Origin: a virus
Lineage: Duplodnaviria > Caudoviricetes
IMG/VR virus record: IMGVR_UViG_3300036317_000036
Coordinates: 1-54,872 of that record
Strand: one strand, 5' to 3'
DNA: 54,872 nucleotides
Shown here: positions 29,601 through 38,399 of the stretch, in pieces
Numbering within the stretch: position 1 is the first letter of the stretch
Layout: every line of letters begins with the position of its first letter
Position numbers and translations under genes: made by a program
The notes under the pieces: model-generated
Databases searched by the model: none
Seen by the model: only the letters and a program-made list of their open reading frames with translations
What the model was told of the DNA's origin: nothing

Positions 29601-30247
29601 TGCAACAGCGAATTGAGTCCTTCAGCGGCGGCAAAGGAAAGCTGGTCTTCGGTAATGGAGGAAACCGTGATCCGGCTGCCGGGCAGCGTGCCCAACAGGT
29701 CGCGCAGATACAGATTGGATTTTTCCTGCACCGTTGCTGTGACATCGCCGGTCTCGCGGTCGAATTTGTAAATCGGCACCACCTTACGCTCGGTCACGTT
29801 GTTGGGAAGCGTCAGGCCGGTGGTGTCGGTGGTCTTCAGGGCGAGTATCCATTTCTCACGCTCGGCGGTGGGCTCACCGGTGGCCGGATTGATCAGCGAC
29901 GGGTCCTGCGTGTAGCCGTAATTGTATTTGAGCAACTCGGCATAGACATAGTCCGCGCCGCTGGTGGTGGCGGGATCATAAGTCAAGGTGGCTCCGGCGA
30001 CCGCTTCCACATGGCCGTCGATATAGACCATTCCCGGCGTCAGGGTGAGCACGTTATCCTGTACCGTGACATCGAGACCGCTCAGAATCGAGCCTTCCTT
30101 GAAAAGGATATCGGCAATCTTGCGGCGCTCGAGGTTGATCAGTTCCTGCTGTTCATTGAGCTCGGAATCGAGCAGATCCCGGTCCTGATGATAGCGGATG
30201 CGTTTGTAGTTCTTGGCGGGATCGAATGTATCTCTTGAAATACTCAT
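26687..30247 (-). CDS. Large virion/baseplate structural protein (DUF4815-like)
   Basis: 1186 aa; FDPAKNYKRI...SELNEQQ N-terminus, RDPLAQTF motif, beta-rich, FN3-like segment. Confidence 0.8.
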   Translation of the reverse strand: MSISRDTFDPAKNYKRIRYHQDRDLLDSELNEQQELINLERRKIADILFKEGSILSGLDVTVQDNVLTLTPGMVYIDGHVEAVAGATLTYDPATTSGADYVYAELLKYNYGYTQDPSLINPATGEPTAEREKWILALKTTDTTGLTLPNNVTERKVVPIYKFDRETGDVTATVQEKSNLYLRDLLGTLPGSRITVSSITEDQLSFAAAEGLNSLLQNLAERTFDQAGSYLVSGFDSFIGSVDDTDVEVITNAGRAYIQGFRHQRDLPTSTLVPKSVAIKSVRGEQKTYNISQRRYPVNSTPLKETTQVEAIVEMTANVTRGSVGGGEDLLDPNPVVDILEVSQGATIFQEGIDWQQSGNHVDWIGSGNEPAIGTTYTVRWTYTKQMIKGEDYVDGGWFGITAHPTAGTYHYVVTAFDGSGETAFNSGSVLSRMTLAGEMNRLSWLPVNGANGYRVYRATTNGSRTDFQRIKELGSEAISYIDDAVDEPVASNPPASSSAAVSMSTTQIEMGNLNVVNFGRGALGDEPVNGSNCSIDYDYFLGRKDIIYATTREIKRLEGAPADFPKLPIVPEDTLGLCSIDCPPNSTDMTIRNFGLTRITMDQIHDIIKDVEDLKYNDAQYQMNNELQNRDAQSKKGIYSDDFSNTAQSDIYHAEWDARVNELGKFASPDRSAISTALEVDSGSSDASFFGSLALLPGSEQVVLEQSDWSEERNINPYAVFEKPPAMLQVTPNIGRRGQTGIAVTGINFTPDRSGIVLRCDGRVMASNLVSDDAGRVTASFTVPTEARNGNRIVEMADGQYTARASLQINDPLVITRIQRFIQTNIITRIVRVPVVRTVWRTRTIFVRRDPLAQTFSFTENRVLSAVGIQFTQRDASIPVTVQIRGVTTGLPNDTIFAEKVIAPSEINLGGETKISFDDPFYAEANTSYAVVLLTNSTNYKVRTATLGKTGRQGIITRQTYAEGVLLESSNAETWTPLNGSDLTMKLYGYEFENEGTVQFQPVSGVQFSDLNIDEYSAIPEGTHLIWEYSTDGGVTWDAVVPAEEERLPNLANGVLVRVRFSTGMGNDTPALNFRDVNLIGYLNNTSGTYLTRENELTQGVESTKVYTQMDIPSGTSVQWFASNDGGETWEALIVDDTRPIDEDWTEYTLVRTFSDPSGSKVRYKAEMTGTVLTYPRIHTLGATLS

Positions 30248-30262
30248 CTTGTTTACCTCCGG

Positions 30263-30796
30263 TTATATTTTGATGATCCCGACCAGCTCCACGCGGGTAT
30301 CGGAAATCTTGTTAAAATCTGGAATGTTCTTCACTTCGTACAGGTAGCCCGGGCGCAGCACCTCTCCGACCGGGTTGGTGTCCTGATGAAACACACCGTC
30401 CATGGCGAGATCACCGCTCACGCTGGCCACATACTCGACATCGCCGCCGAAAAAGCCGTATTCACGAATGGTGATGCCGTTGGCTTCGGCCTCATCAAAA
30501 CGAAAGAAGATGCCGATGGTGTTGGTCTCTTCCCCGGTCTCCAGATAGCGGACACCATTGACCACCAGCGCACCTTCTGCGTCCTCCTTGAGGAAGGTCC
30601 GTTTGTAGAACCGCTTTCTGGCCCGCTCGTTTTTAAGGGCTGTCTGCTCGATATCCGGCGCAGGCGGATTCTGCGGCTCGGTGAATGTTTCATCTCCATC
30701 CCCGATGGCGCAGTGGGTTATGCCTTCCACTGCCTGTCCCATCAGGAGCTTTGCCGTCAATACACGGCCTGATTTGACTATGAGTCCCAATGCCAT
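30263..30796 (-). CDS. Tail collar/fibre attachment-like protein
   Basis: ITHCAIGDG...LKNERAR...EANGITIREYGFF pattern; position after the baseplate genes. Confidence 0.65.
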   Translation of the reverse strand: MALGLIVKSGRVLTAKLLMGQAVEGITHCAIGDGDETFTEPQNPPAPDIEQTALKNERARKRFYKRTFLKEDAEGALVVNGVRYLETGEETNTIGIFFRFDEAEANGITIREYGFFGGDVEYVASVSGDLAMDGVFHQDTNPVGEVLRPGYLYEVKNIPDFNKISDTRVELVGIIKI

Positions 30797-30806
30797 GGTC
30801 TTCTCC

Positions 30807-31268
30807 TTATGTTTGAATCTCGTGTTCTTCGTTGATAATCACATTGAAAATGGTCAGCCCCGCGTCGGCGGAACGGCCAAACTGCTGCTCCAGATGCTGG
30901 GCAGTGTCGGCAATCAATGCCCGGGAACCGCTGATCCTGAGCGCTGTATCCAGCACTGCCTGCCGGGGATGCGTCACCCGGACGGCGGCAAAAACCAGCT
31001 GCTCAAATGTCTGCGGGATGATCAGCCAGATGTCGGAATCCCGCTCGATATTGCCTGCCACAATGACCTGACTGTCAGCCACCGTTGAGCGCTGGTTTGA
31101 TGCCCTGACAGAGGCATCCGCCTGAATCACAACGGTGCGTCTTTGATCCCGGGGGCCGAACAGGTCGAAATAGGCTCCCTGCACAGGCGGCAGGTTGACC
31201 TGAAATTCGGGTCTGCGAATGCCCCGGATAACGGCAGGTCGAATGATGGCTCCCTTATGCACGGCCAC
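30807..31268 (-). CDS. Hypothetical protein with (A/S/L)D-x4-(V/I) repeats
   Basis: GTG start with GGAGG; repeats ADASVRA, ADSQVIV, SDIWLII, LDTALRI, ADTAQHL, ADAGLTI. Confidence 0.7.
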   Translation of the reverse strand: MAVHKGAIIRPAVIRGIRRPEFQVNLPPVQGAYFDLFGPRDQRRTVVIQADASVRASNQRSTVADSQVIVAGNIERDSDIWLIIPQTFEQLVFAAVRVTHPRQAVLDTALRISGSRALIADTAQHLEQQFGRSADAGLTIFNVIINEEHEIQT

Positions 31269-31386
31269 GACGAATCCTCCCGGTCATCTTGAAAGCCATT
31301 CCCTTGTTGAGATTGGCCAGCGGTTGCGGAACACGCCGACCTTTCACTTGGGTTGTGGTTTTGAATTGTCCTTTAACAACAGCCAT
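31255..31386 (-). CDS. Small basic protein (43 aa), paralogous to the N-terminus of the next gene
   Basis: AAGGAG/AAGGA RBS; MAVVKGQFKTTTQVKGRRVPQPLANLNKGMAFKMTGRIRRGRA*; below the ORF-track cutoff. Confidence 0.7.
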   Translation of the reverse strand: MAVVKGQFKTTTQVKGRRVPQPLANLNKGMAFKMTGRIRRGRA

Positions 31387-31391
31387 GATCC

Positions 31392-32381
31392 TTACTCCTT
31401 AATTGCACACCAGCCGCCGCCGGAGAGGTTGAATACCCGATAGGAATCCGAGCCGATTTCGACGGTGTCCTCGGAAGCCACATTGGCTCCGCCGGTGGCA
31501 TAGATTTCGATGAGTTCTCCGCGCAGTTCCTGATAGCTGTCAGCGCCGTTCATGCTGACCAGCCATGGAAAAAGAATGGTGGTGTCGTAGCGGCGTTCCG
31601 GATCGGTATCGCTTTGCAGGTTGCCGTGGGCCGCACCACAACGGCCGCGTTGTCCACTGGCGGAAGTCCAGCCGTCGAACTTGTTCACGGCGTAAAAGGT
31701 GCTTGGCATGTTGTAGTAACCGGTGATGACCGGCTGAGGGTCCTCGCCGATTTTGGCTCCGGCCGCATAATCGCTGACGAGTGTTTCGATGGTCACGGTA
31801 TTGGGCGTGGCAACCGTATCGATGGCGGTAATTTTGACCCGCTCGATATTGGCGTCGTCTTTGATGATGTAATGCTGATCGGGTGTGAAGATCGATGCAT
31901 CGTTAACCTGCACCACCACGGCGCTGCCGTTGACAATCGGTGCTTGAGTGATGGCAACCGCCGAAGACCAGAACCGTTTGATGGAACCGCTGTAATGGCC
32001 GTAGTAGGTCGAGACAATCTTGCTGACGACGAATACATGGTCGAGGTCGGCATACAGCCAGTAAATGAAATCGGCGGTATCCTCCGCCCGGAGATAGGTG
32101 TAACTGCTGGAAAACCCTTCATTGACAGCGGTCTGGGTGGTGTTGTCCCAATACTGGAAAGCGGCCACCTCAATGCGACCGGAGCTTTGTCCGATCTGAA
32201 AACGCAGATAGATATCTTCCGCTCCGGATTCCCCGACAGACTTGAATACATAGTATGGCCGTGCATCGGCGGACTGGTCGTCATGCAGTGTCCAGCCGAC
32301 GGTGGTGACCAGAAAATCTTTAATCTTGTTCAGCAGGTCCAATCGGCCGCTGGCTGTTCCCTGAATACTTTGATAAGCCAT
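31392..32381 (-). CDS. Putative virion structural (tail fibre/appendage) protein
   Basis: 329 aa, beta-rich; DLLNKIKDFL..GWT N-terminus and LRGEL..IY C-terminus seen in virion proteins; operon position. Confidence 0.6.
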   Translation of the reverse strand: MAYQSIQGTASGRLDLLNKIKDFLVTTVGWTLHDDQSADARPYYVFKSVGESGAEDIYLRFQIGQSSGRIEVAAFQYWDNTTQTAVNEGFSSSYTYLRAEDTADFIYWLYADLDHVFVVSKIVSTYYGHYSGSIKRFWSSAVAITQAPIVNGSAVVVQVNDASIFTPDQHYIIKDDANIERVKITAIDTVATPNTVTIETLVSDYAAGAKIGEDPQPVITGYYNMPSTFYAVNKFDGWTSASGQRGRCGAAHGNLQSDTDPERRYDTTILFPWLVSMNGADSYQELRGELIEIYATGGANVASEDTVEIGSDSYRVFNLSGGGWCAIKE

Positions 32382-32391
32382 GGTTCACTCC

Positions 32392-32985
32392 TTATAAAAC
32401 GGGGTTCTCTGTTCCGGTGAGGCGCAGCTTGATATCGATCTTGTTCTGGACAGGAGTGCCCGAAAGCACCGTGCAGCGACGCCAGAAAGAGATGGTCTGA
32501 TTGTGGGCCTTGGCTCCGAGGTTGAGCGGAGCGCTTTGGGTGGCGGTATCGAGTTCGGCCTGCGTGAGCGCGAGCTTGTACCAGACCGATTCGTCGGTTT
32601 CGAACTCGTCGACCGGGTCCACCACCAGCCCTGTATAGTCGTATCCGGAATAGACCGGCGCATCGGCCGCGTGGGATGTTGCCACGGTGTTGGCCACGGC
32701 GCGTCTTACGGTCAGATTGATGGTTCCGCCGCCGGAAAGGATCTGCATCTGCTCGGTACCGATCACGATGTATTCCGCATCGGCAAAGCGGGGTTCAATC
32801 AGTTCTATGTCAGTCTGGATGTCATCAATCGGCGCGGCGAGCGTGGTCTGTTCATTGGCCACGAAAATCTGCCGGTCTTTGATTTCTCCATCCGTACCGT
32901 TGTAGTTGTCCGCATCCGGATTGCTGAAATCGCCTTCCGAAATCTGCTGGGTCAACTGTTCATCGAGGTATAAGTGAATTGCCAT
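32392..32985 (-). CDS. Putative virion structural protein
   Basis: 197 aa; TTLAAPI...IVIGTEQM...LTVRRAV.NT.ATSHAADA module typical of tail proteins. Confidence 0.6.
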   Translation of the reverse strand: MAIHLYLDEQLTQQISEGDFSNPDADNYNGTDGEIKDRQIFVANEQTTLAAPIDDIQTDIELIEPRFADAEYIVIGTEQMQILSGGGTINLTVRRAVANTVATSHAADAPVYSGYDYTGLVVDPVDEFETDESVWYKLALTQAELDTATQSAPLNLGAKAHNQTISFWRRCTVLSGTPVQNKIDIKLRLTGTENPVL

Positions 32986-32994
32986 AATCTCTCC

Positions 32995-34569
32995 TTAAAC
33001 AGGCCATTGGGTTACTTGATATTTGTTCACGGCGCTCTCTGTTGCGGCTTCCTGCGCCTCGCCGAAATCCTGTTGACGGAACAGCCATCGGTAGGAAGGC
33101 TCGGTGAACCGGAAACCCGCCTGATTGAGTTTCATTCGGCCAATGCGGAGCGGTCGGGTCCGGTCCACAGAGAGGCGTAAAGAGGTCGTGTTGAGGGCGC
33201 GTTGGTTCAGGCTCAAAGGCACGATCCGTGGGCGTTGGAGAGAACCTGTATCCACATAGACTTCAAGCGATGCCCGTTCTCCGGTGAGGTTCGCATTGGT
33301 CAAAGTCCGGTTGTTGAGGACATTCGCGTTGAGCTTGAATACAGGCCCTCTCCGACGCCAGCGGTTAATCAGATCTGATGCTTCGGTGACACCGGCTTTG
33401 CATCCGGCGGCGGCAACCAGCAGCGCACTGCTGTGTCCACCCTGAATGGCATTGATGACCACATTCCCGTTGAGGGGCGAGCGGCCCAACTGGAAGCATT
33501 GCCGGTTTCTCGCCTCGGTGTTGAAGCCCAAGGTCTGTCTGTTCTGCAGGGCTTCCGAAGCCTCTGCCTGCAGAATTGAAAAGAGGTCTTTCTGCCGAAA
33601 GCAGTAAAGGGTTTCCGCATCGGCAAAGGACAGTTTGCGGCGGTTGAGATGGTCAGCTGATAGGTTGAAGCCGGACTCGACAATATCGCCGAGGTAATCT
33701 CTCCCGGTATAAATCGGATTGCAGAAGGACAGCCTGTCCTCGCGGATGGAAGTATTCACCAGCCGTCGTTCGTTGAGCGGCCTGTGATTGAGTCGCATCC
33801 TGTTTTGACGGCCATGAAAACGGGAGACCTTGTTGGCGGCCCGATCGATTTCCGGAACCATCTCCACCGTACTGGTCAGCTGCAGGTAATCGTATATCCG
33901 CTGCTTGTTGGTCAGATGGCGACAGGAGCCTAGACGGCTTCTTCCCAGCACGAAGGTTTCATCGAGAAAAGCCAGAACCACACTGCGGACATGGGCGGCG
34001 TTCTGAAATTCCAGATCGGACCCGATTTCCAGAAAAGTAGCGAGCCACTGCAGGAAAAACGCCCGAGTGCCAGCCGGGTGATGAAAAGACAATGCATCCC
34101 GCACACCTTCGGCCAGGTTAAGACTGTGAACCCGATACACTCCGAGGCTGAACACATTGCCGGGGAGTTTTGCCGAGCTCAAACGGGATCGGGAATTCAA
34201 ACGAAGGGCGCTGCGGAAAGTTTCCTCGATATGCCCCTCCCAACCGACAGACCCAAGACTGCGATCGATTGCTGGAATGGTTCCTTTGCGACGGTATATC
34301 TCGACCGCTTCACGGATCAGCCGACGCTGGTTTTCCGGCGTGTCTGTGCCGTCATAGTGGTGACCGACCAGATACGCGAGCAAGGGCAGAAAGCGCTCGT
34401 CACAGCGCTCCACATCAAAAATGTCGGGGAACCTGTCAATGGCCTCCTTGATCTCATCGAGTGTGCCTGCCGGGAGTGAAAGCAGAGAGCGAAAGTCGCC
34501 GCTTTCATCCTTGTGCTCATACAGCGGCGGCAGCAGGTCGATGAGGTTGTTCTGGAACCAGTCCGCCAC
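32995..34569 (-). CDS. Baseplate wedge/tail protein I-like, with extended repetitive C-terminus
   Basis: LLPPLY, RFLPLLAYLVG, RRLIREAVEIYRRKGT, HPAG; follows baseplate J. Confidence 0.8.
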   Translation of the reverse strand: MADWFQNNLIDLLPPLYEHKDESGDFRSLLSLPAGTLDEIKEAIDRFPDIFDVERCDERFLPLLAYLVGHHYDGTDTPENQRRLIREAVEIYRRKGTIPAIDRSLGSVGWEGHIEETFRSALRLNSRSRLSSAKLPGNVFSLGVYRVHSLNLAEGVRDALSFHHPAGTRAFFLQWLATFLEIGSDLEFQNAAHVRSVVLAFLDETFVLGRSRLGSCRHLTNKQRIYDYLQLTSTVEMVPEIDRAANKVSRFHGRQNRMRLNHRPLNERRLVNTSIREDRLSFCNPIYTGRDYLGDIVESGFNLSADHLNRRKLSFADAETLYCFRQKDLFSILQAEASEALQNRQTLGFNTEARNRQCFQLGRSPLNGNVVINAIQGGHSSALLVAAAGCKAGVTEASDLINRWRRRGPVFKLNANVLNNRTLTNANLTGERASLEVYVDTGSLQRPRIVPLSLNQRALNTTSLRLSVDRTRPLRIGRMKLNQAGFRFTEPSYRWLFRQQDFGEAQEAATESAVNKYQVTQWPV

Positions 34570-35978
34570 TATTCGGCCCTCCGCATATCGAGATTGACCG
34601 AGCCGAGAACCGGTATTTCACCTCGCCCGAGTTCCACGTCCAGCTGGGGCGTATAGAGACGAATGTGACTGACTCCCCGAACACCATCGATCAGGGCAAT
34701 GAGATCGGAAGAATGGATGGTCTGCCCGAAGCTCACCTGATCGAAGGCGAAGAAATCCGCCAGAGCCGATTCAATTCGACTGCGCACATTTTCGAGCGCT
34801 TCGCCCGGCCATGCATAGACTTCACAATCGATATGGATGGACCGGTACAACGGATCGAACAGCTTCACCTCGACGGTGATCACCTTGCGGCGTTCCAGAT
34901 ATTCAGCCAGATCACGCTTGAGCAGCCCGGAAGGCATGCCGCCGCCATTGGGGGCGATGGCCAGATGGACGTTGTAATAACGGATGTTCTGGCAGTCGTT
35001 GGTGTCGAGCACCTTGGCCTTGGCAACTCCGGGATAGCCCTCGGCAAGCGCCTTGTAGTCCTGAAGCGTTACCGCCTTCCAGAGACTGCGCAGTTCGGCC
35101 GGAGCCTGATTGCGGGCGTGTTGAATGGTCTCCCGGGATGAGCCGCCGGTCGCAGCCACCGGATTGGAAATGGTAAGCGGGATCTGAGCGCCATCATGAT
35201 AGACGGCTGATAAAAGCTGTGTGATGCGGCCCGGTCCGATATTTCCCTTGGCTCCGAGGCTTTCGAGCCAGCTCACTGAAATGGTTTTCCCTGCAGCGGG
35301 AACCGCTCCGGCTTGGCCGTCACCAAAGAGAATGGAGGTAATATCCAAGGCATCCGTGTCGGCCATAAAGTGAAGGCTGCCGTCGTCGCTTTCCTGAAAA
35401 TGGCGGACCTCACTCCAGGTATTATCATCGATAAGAACACGGATGGTTGCCTGCGCGATGGAGACCCCGCTCAAGTGGAAACGCTGCCACGGTTTTCCAG
35501 TGGCTTCCAGCTCCTCGGATTTGCGGATTCCCTGACGGGCGTAAATGTCCACCGAGAGTTCCCCATGGGGAATGAAGGCGTCCTCCACGGTTTCAAAGTC
35601 GGCCTTGCCATCCTCGAGCAGTGCCCGGCACTGAGTTCCGGCCGGAATCGGCAGATCAGACTCGAGCGGTGCAGCCAGTGAAAAACGGATGGTGGTCGTG
35701 GAAGAGACCGGCGTATCGAGCTGATAGCCGATGAGCTTGCAGAGGTTGATCACGTTCTGACGCTGGCGTGCTGTAGGCAGAAATGCCTCGGCAGCCTGCG
35801 CATCGAGGTAATAGGCCAGCATATCACCGACACCACAGAACAGTTCCAGCAGAACGACTCCAAGGTCGGAGTGATTGAAATCGGTCCAGCGGTCTGTCAG
35901 CTGCGGCACTTTGGCCAGCAGTTCCTGCCGGATCGATTCATAATCCTTGTTGATATATTCAATGCTTGCGCGGCCCAT
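34569..35978 (-). CDS. Baseplate J/gp47 family protein
   Basis: KDYESIRQEL, WTDFNHSDLGVVLLE, FGDG..G.VP, AVTLQDY; RBS GGAGG before MGRASI. Confidence 0.92.
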   Translation of the reverse strand: MGRASIEYINKDYESIRQELLAKVPQLTDRWTDFNHSDLGVVLLELFCGVGDMLAYYLDAQAAEAFLPTARQRQNVINLCKLIGYQLDTPVSSTTTIRFSLAAPLESDLPIPAGTQCRALLEDGKADFETVEDAFIPHGELSVDIYARQGIRKSEELEATGKPWQRFHLSGVSIAQATIRVLIDDNTWSEVRHFQESDDGSLHFMADTDALDITSILFGDGQAGAVPAAGKTISVSWLESLGAKGNIGPGRITQLLSAVYHDGAQIPLTISNPVAATGGSSRETIQHARNQAPAELRSLWKAVTLQDYKALAEGYPGVAKAKVLDTNDCQNIRYYNVHLAIAPNGGGMPSGLLKRDLAEYLERRKVITVEVKLFDPLYRSIHIDCEVYAWPGEALENVRSRIESALADFFAFDQVSFGQTIHSSDLIALIDGVRGVSHIRLYTPQLDVELGRGEIPVLGSVNLDMRRAE

Positions 35979-36036
35979 TGTGCCTCCGATTGGTTCGTCG
36001 TTTTTAAAGCGGAGCGATAAACTCCGCACACGCCGA

Positions 36037-36067
36037 TTACTTACCGGAAGCAGTCTGGAAGTGTCGG
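36037..36067 (-). promoter_or_regulatory. Repeated putative late-promoter motif, copy 1
   Basis: Minus strand CCGACAC-N10-CTTCCGGTAAGTAA, upstream of baseplate J. Confidence 0.7.
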
Positions 36068-36071
36068 AGGT

Positions 36072-36485
36072 CTAAGGAAGTTCCCGGAAGAACGGGTAAA
36101 CGAGGTTTCCTTCGACCTGAGTCTGGATGACCCGATAGGAAATGATGACAGGCAGTTGATTGAGGTCTTTGTTGCGGGCGGAATCATCGAAGGACACGTC
36201 CGTGATCACAACCCGTTTTTCCCAGCGGCGGATCGCATCGATGACATGATGGCGGATGAGACCTTTGAGCACTTCATCGTTCTGCTCGAACACAAGGTCT
36301 TTCAGCTTTGAGCCGAATTCCGGGTTCATGAAGCGCTCGCCGGGCCGGGTTCCAAGGATCTGAATGATGCTTTCTCGGATATGCTCATGCTCCCGGGAGG
36401 TCGATGTGGAGACTTCGGCTCCACCGGATATGGATTGAAAGTTCAAAGGGAATTTTAGCCCTGTACCGAGAAAATCGTAGTTCAT
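36072..36485 (-). CDS. Baseplate wedge gp25/GPW family protein
   Basis: IRESIIQILGTRPGERFMNPEFGS, IRRWEKRV, NLVYPF. Confidence 0.92.
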   Translation of the reverse strand: MNYDFLGTGLKFPLNFQSISGGAEVSTSTSREHEHIRESIIQILGTRPGERFMNPEFGSKLKDLVFEQNDEVLKGLIRHHVIDAIRRWEKRVVITDVSFDDSARNKDLNQLPVIISYRVIQTQVEGNLVYPFFRELP

Positions 36486-37372
36486 AGATCACGCTCCTCG
36501 CATTCAAGATTACAGAGCCCCTGACAGCTGATGGAGCCGCCATTTTCACCCGAGCTATCATCTGGAAAGCGGACAATCAGACTGGTGCCGCTTTTCATGG
36601 AGAGATGAATGGTGCCGCCGCTCTCGATGAGGCCGCCATGACCACTGTCCTCGCAGGAGAAACCTTTGGCTCCATCGGCCAGAATGCGGACGGTGATGGT
36701 CTCGCCGACACCTTCAATTCGGGCAATGCCAAGGATATCGATGCTGCCGGATGGATTGATGACGGACAGTGTTTTCAACTGCTGATCGAGCAGCAACCTG
36801 TATGGGGCAAGCTCGATACTGAAGCGATGCTCGGTCAGTTGATCCACTTGGGCAGAGATCGGGAGCCCCTCGATTCCGGCTTGTTCCACTGTGGTTTCGA
36901 TCCATTCGGGCACCAGTTCATAGATGCGGCCGGAACTGACTTCCACGGATGTTGCCGGTCCGGGGATGATGACATGGGGCTCGCCATCGACAATGACCGA
37001 AATGGTGTGATCATCGTTGGTCTTGAGGATCATGCCGTCAGACAGGGTAAACAGACGATTGCCGTCCGGCAGGTCTTTAACTTGGCACCCTTCGGGAAGT
37101 GACACAAAGGGATAGAAATCCGGTGGCGGCTCGGTCGTGACCTGATCCATATAATCCTGTGTATTCTGAATGTGTGCTTCCAGCGCCTCCTGTGCCTGCT
37201 GTTTCAATGCTTCCGATGCATTGTGAGAGGCTTCGATAATGGTCTTCATGCCTGCAATTTCAGCTTTGATACCCGCAAGCTGCAGCGCCATGTCTCTGAG
37301 GATGAAATGGTTTTCGCCGGAATCGGTCTGTTCGACCACGGCTCCGGCCTGAGGTTCTTCTATGGATATCAT
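36482..37372 (-). CDS. Hypothetical protein (N-terminal coiled coil, beta-repeat body)
   Basis: 296 aa, AGGAG RBS, ATGA overlap with gp25. Confidence 0.75.
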   Translation of the reverse strand: MISIEEPQAGAVVEQTDSGENHFILRDMALQLAGIKAEIAGMKTIIEASHNASEALKQQAQEALEAHIQNTQDYMDQVTTEPPPDFYPFVSLPEGCQVKDLPDGNRLFTLSDGMILKTNDDHTISVIVDGEPHVIIPGPATSVEVSSGRIYELVPEWIETTVEQAGIEGLPISAQVDQLTEHRFSIELAPYRLLLDQQLKTLSVINPSGSIDILGIARIEGVGETITVRILADGAKGFSCEDSGHGGLIESGGTIHLSMKSGTSLIVRFPDDSSGENGGSISCQGLCNLECEERDL

Positions 37373-37382
37373 GGGCGTTCTC

Positions 37383-38399
37383 CTAAATTCCTACGCTGCC
37401 CGGATTCGACTCAAACTCCATCTGGTTGAGGGCGGTGATCGCTCCGGTGGTTCCGTTAATTTCAAATACATTCCAGACGGTCCCGGGCTGGTTGGGCACA
37501 TTGAAAGTGTATTCCCGGCCGTCGTAATAAAACACTTTCACGGTCGCGCCTGATCCGGCCAGACCTGTACTGGTGCTCGAGTTGCGGTTGGTGTAGTCGT
37601 GAACACTGTAGCGATAGGTTCCGGCCACCAGCCGATGCATGGTGATGGTCTCCGGCCCGTAAGATGAGGTGTCATCCACATCCAGCTCGCCGCAATCTTC
37701 AACATAATCCGTCGAGTAATAGACATGAAAAGTGCCGCCACCCGGACGGGGGCCGCGCAGATGAGAATCGAGATCCCGGGGATTGAGTCCCCACTGCAAA
37801 ACGATGCGGGCCACCTGTCCGTTGAGCTCCGGAGAGAGCACGATATTCTGGCCGGAACTTCCGGATTCAAGGACGTTCAGCAGGCCATGGGCGTCGATAT
37901 AGTTGGGCGTGCTCGCCTCGTAGACATAGAGCCCTTCAAACAGCTCCATTTCATACTGGCCGGATGCATCGGTAATCTGCTGCGCCACAATCGGGCCTTC
38001 CTCGCTGCGCCGAATGGTTACCAGAACGCCTGCAAGCGGCCGGGCATTGAGTGCATCCACTACAGATCCGACAAGATGAACGCTGGTGCCCAGATCGAGC
38101 AAAAAGTCCGGATGGTTGGCGAACCACGAGGGATCTCGGACCTCGACATTCAAATGGCGCAGGCTCTGCCGGGCATCGGAATCCCAGGCCATGATCATGG
38201 CGTTGCCAATCTGCATTCCGCTGACCAGAAAGCCCTCGTCATCCACATAGGCCACAGCCGGGTTGGATGAAATGAACTGCGGGCTCAAGCCACTGCCGCG
38301 AACAGAGAGCGGGATGCGCTGCTCGAAATAGGATAGCGAGAGCCGGACGCTCTGAGGATAGATCTCCCAATAAGCCGGAATGTCGAGTTGCTCGGTCAT
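37383..38399 (-). CDS. Ig-like + carboxypeptidase-regulatory-like + YfaP/DUF2135-like protein
   Basis: SSNPAVAYVD (Big_2-like); GSVVDA...PLAGV.V...TDASGQY; LQWG..PRDLDSH...LDVDDTSSYGPETIT. Confidence 0.75.
   Translation of the reverse strand: MTEQLDIPAYWEIYPQSVRLSLSYFEQRIPLSVRGSGLSPQFISSNPAVAYVDDEGFLVSGMQIGNAMIMAWDSDARQSLRHLNVEVRDPSWFANHPDFLLDLGTSVHLVGSVVDALNARPLAGVLVTIRRSEEGPIVAQQITDASGQYEMELFEGLYVYEASTPNYIDAHGLLNVLESGSSGQNIVLSPELNGQVARIVLQWGLNPRDLDSHLRGPRPGGGTFHVYYSTDYVEDCGELDVDDTSSYGPETITMHRLVAGTYRYSVHDYTNRNSSTSTGLAGSGATVKVFYYDGREYTFNVPNQPGTVWNVFEINGTTGAITALNQMEFESNPGSVGI

Noticed and set aside
26711-30238. Plus-strand ORFs of 497, 210 and 406 aa
   Set aside because: Antisense to the 1186-aa structural gene; long open antisense frames are expected from its codon bias; no motifs.
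26687-32985. Diversity-generating retroelement or invertible tail-fibre cassette
   Set aside because: No reverse transcriptase, invertase, or duplicated template/variable repeat noticed by eye. A self dot-plot would be needed to exclude it fully.
36009-36027. GCGGAG/CTCCGC hairpin as a terminator before baseplate J
   Set aside because: Only a 6-bp stem with three U residues, just downstream of the putative promoter. More likely a 5' UTR structure; too weak to call.
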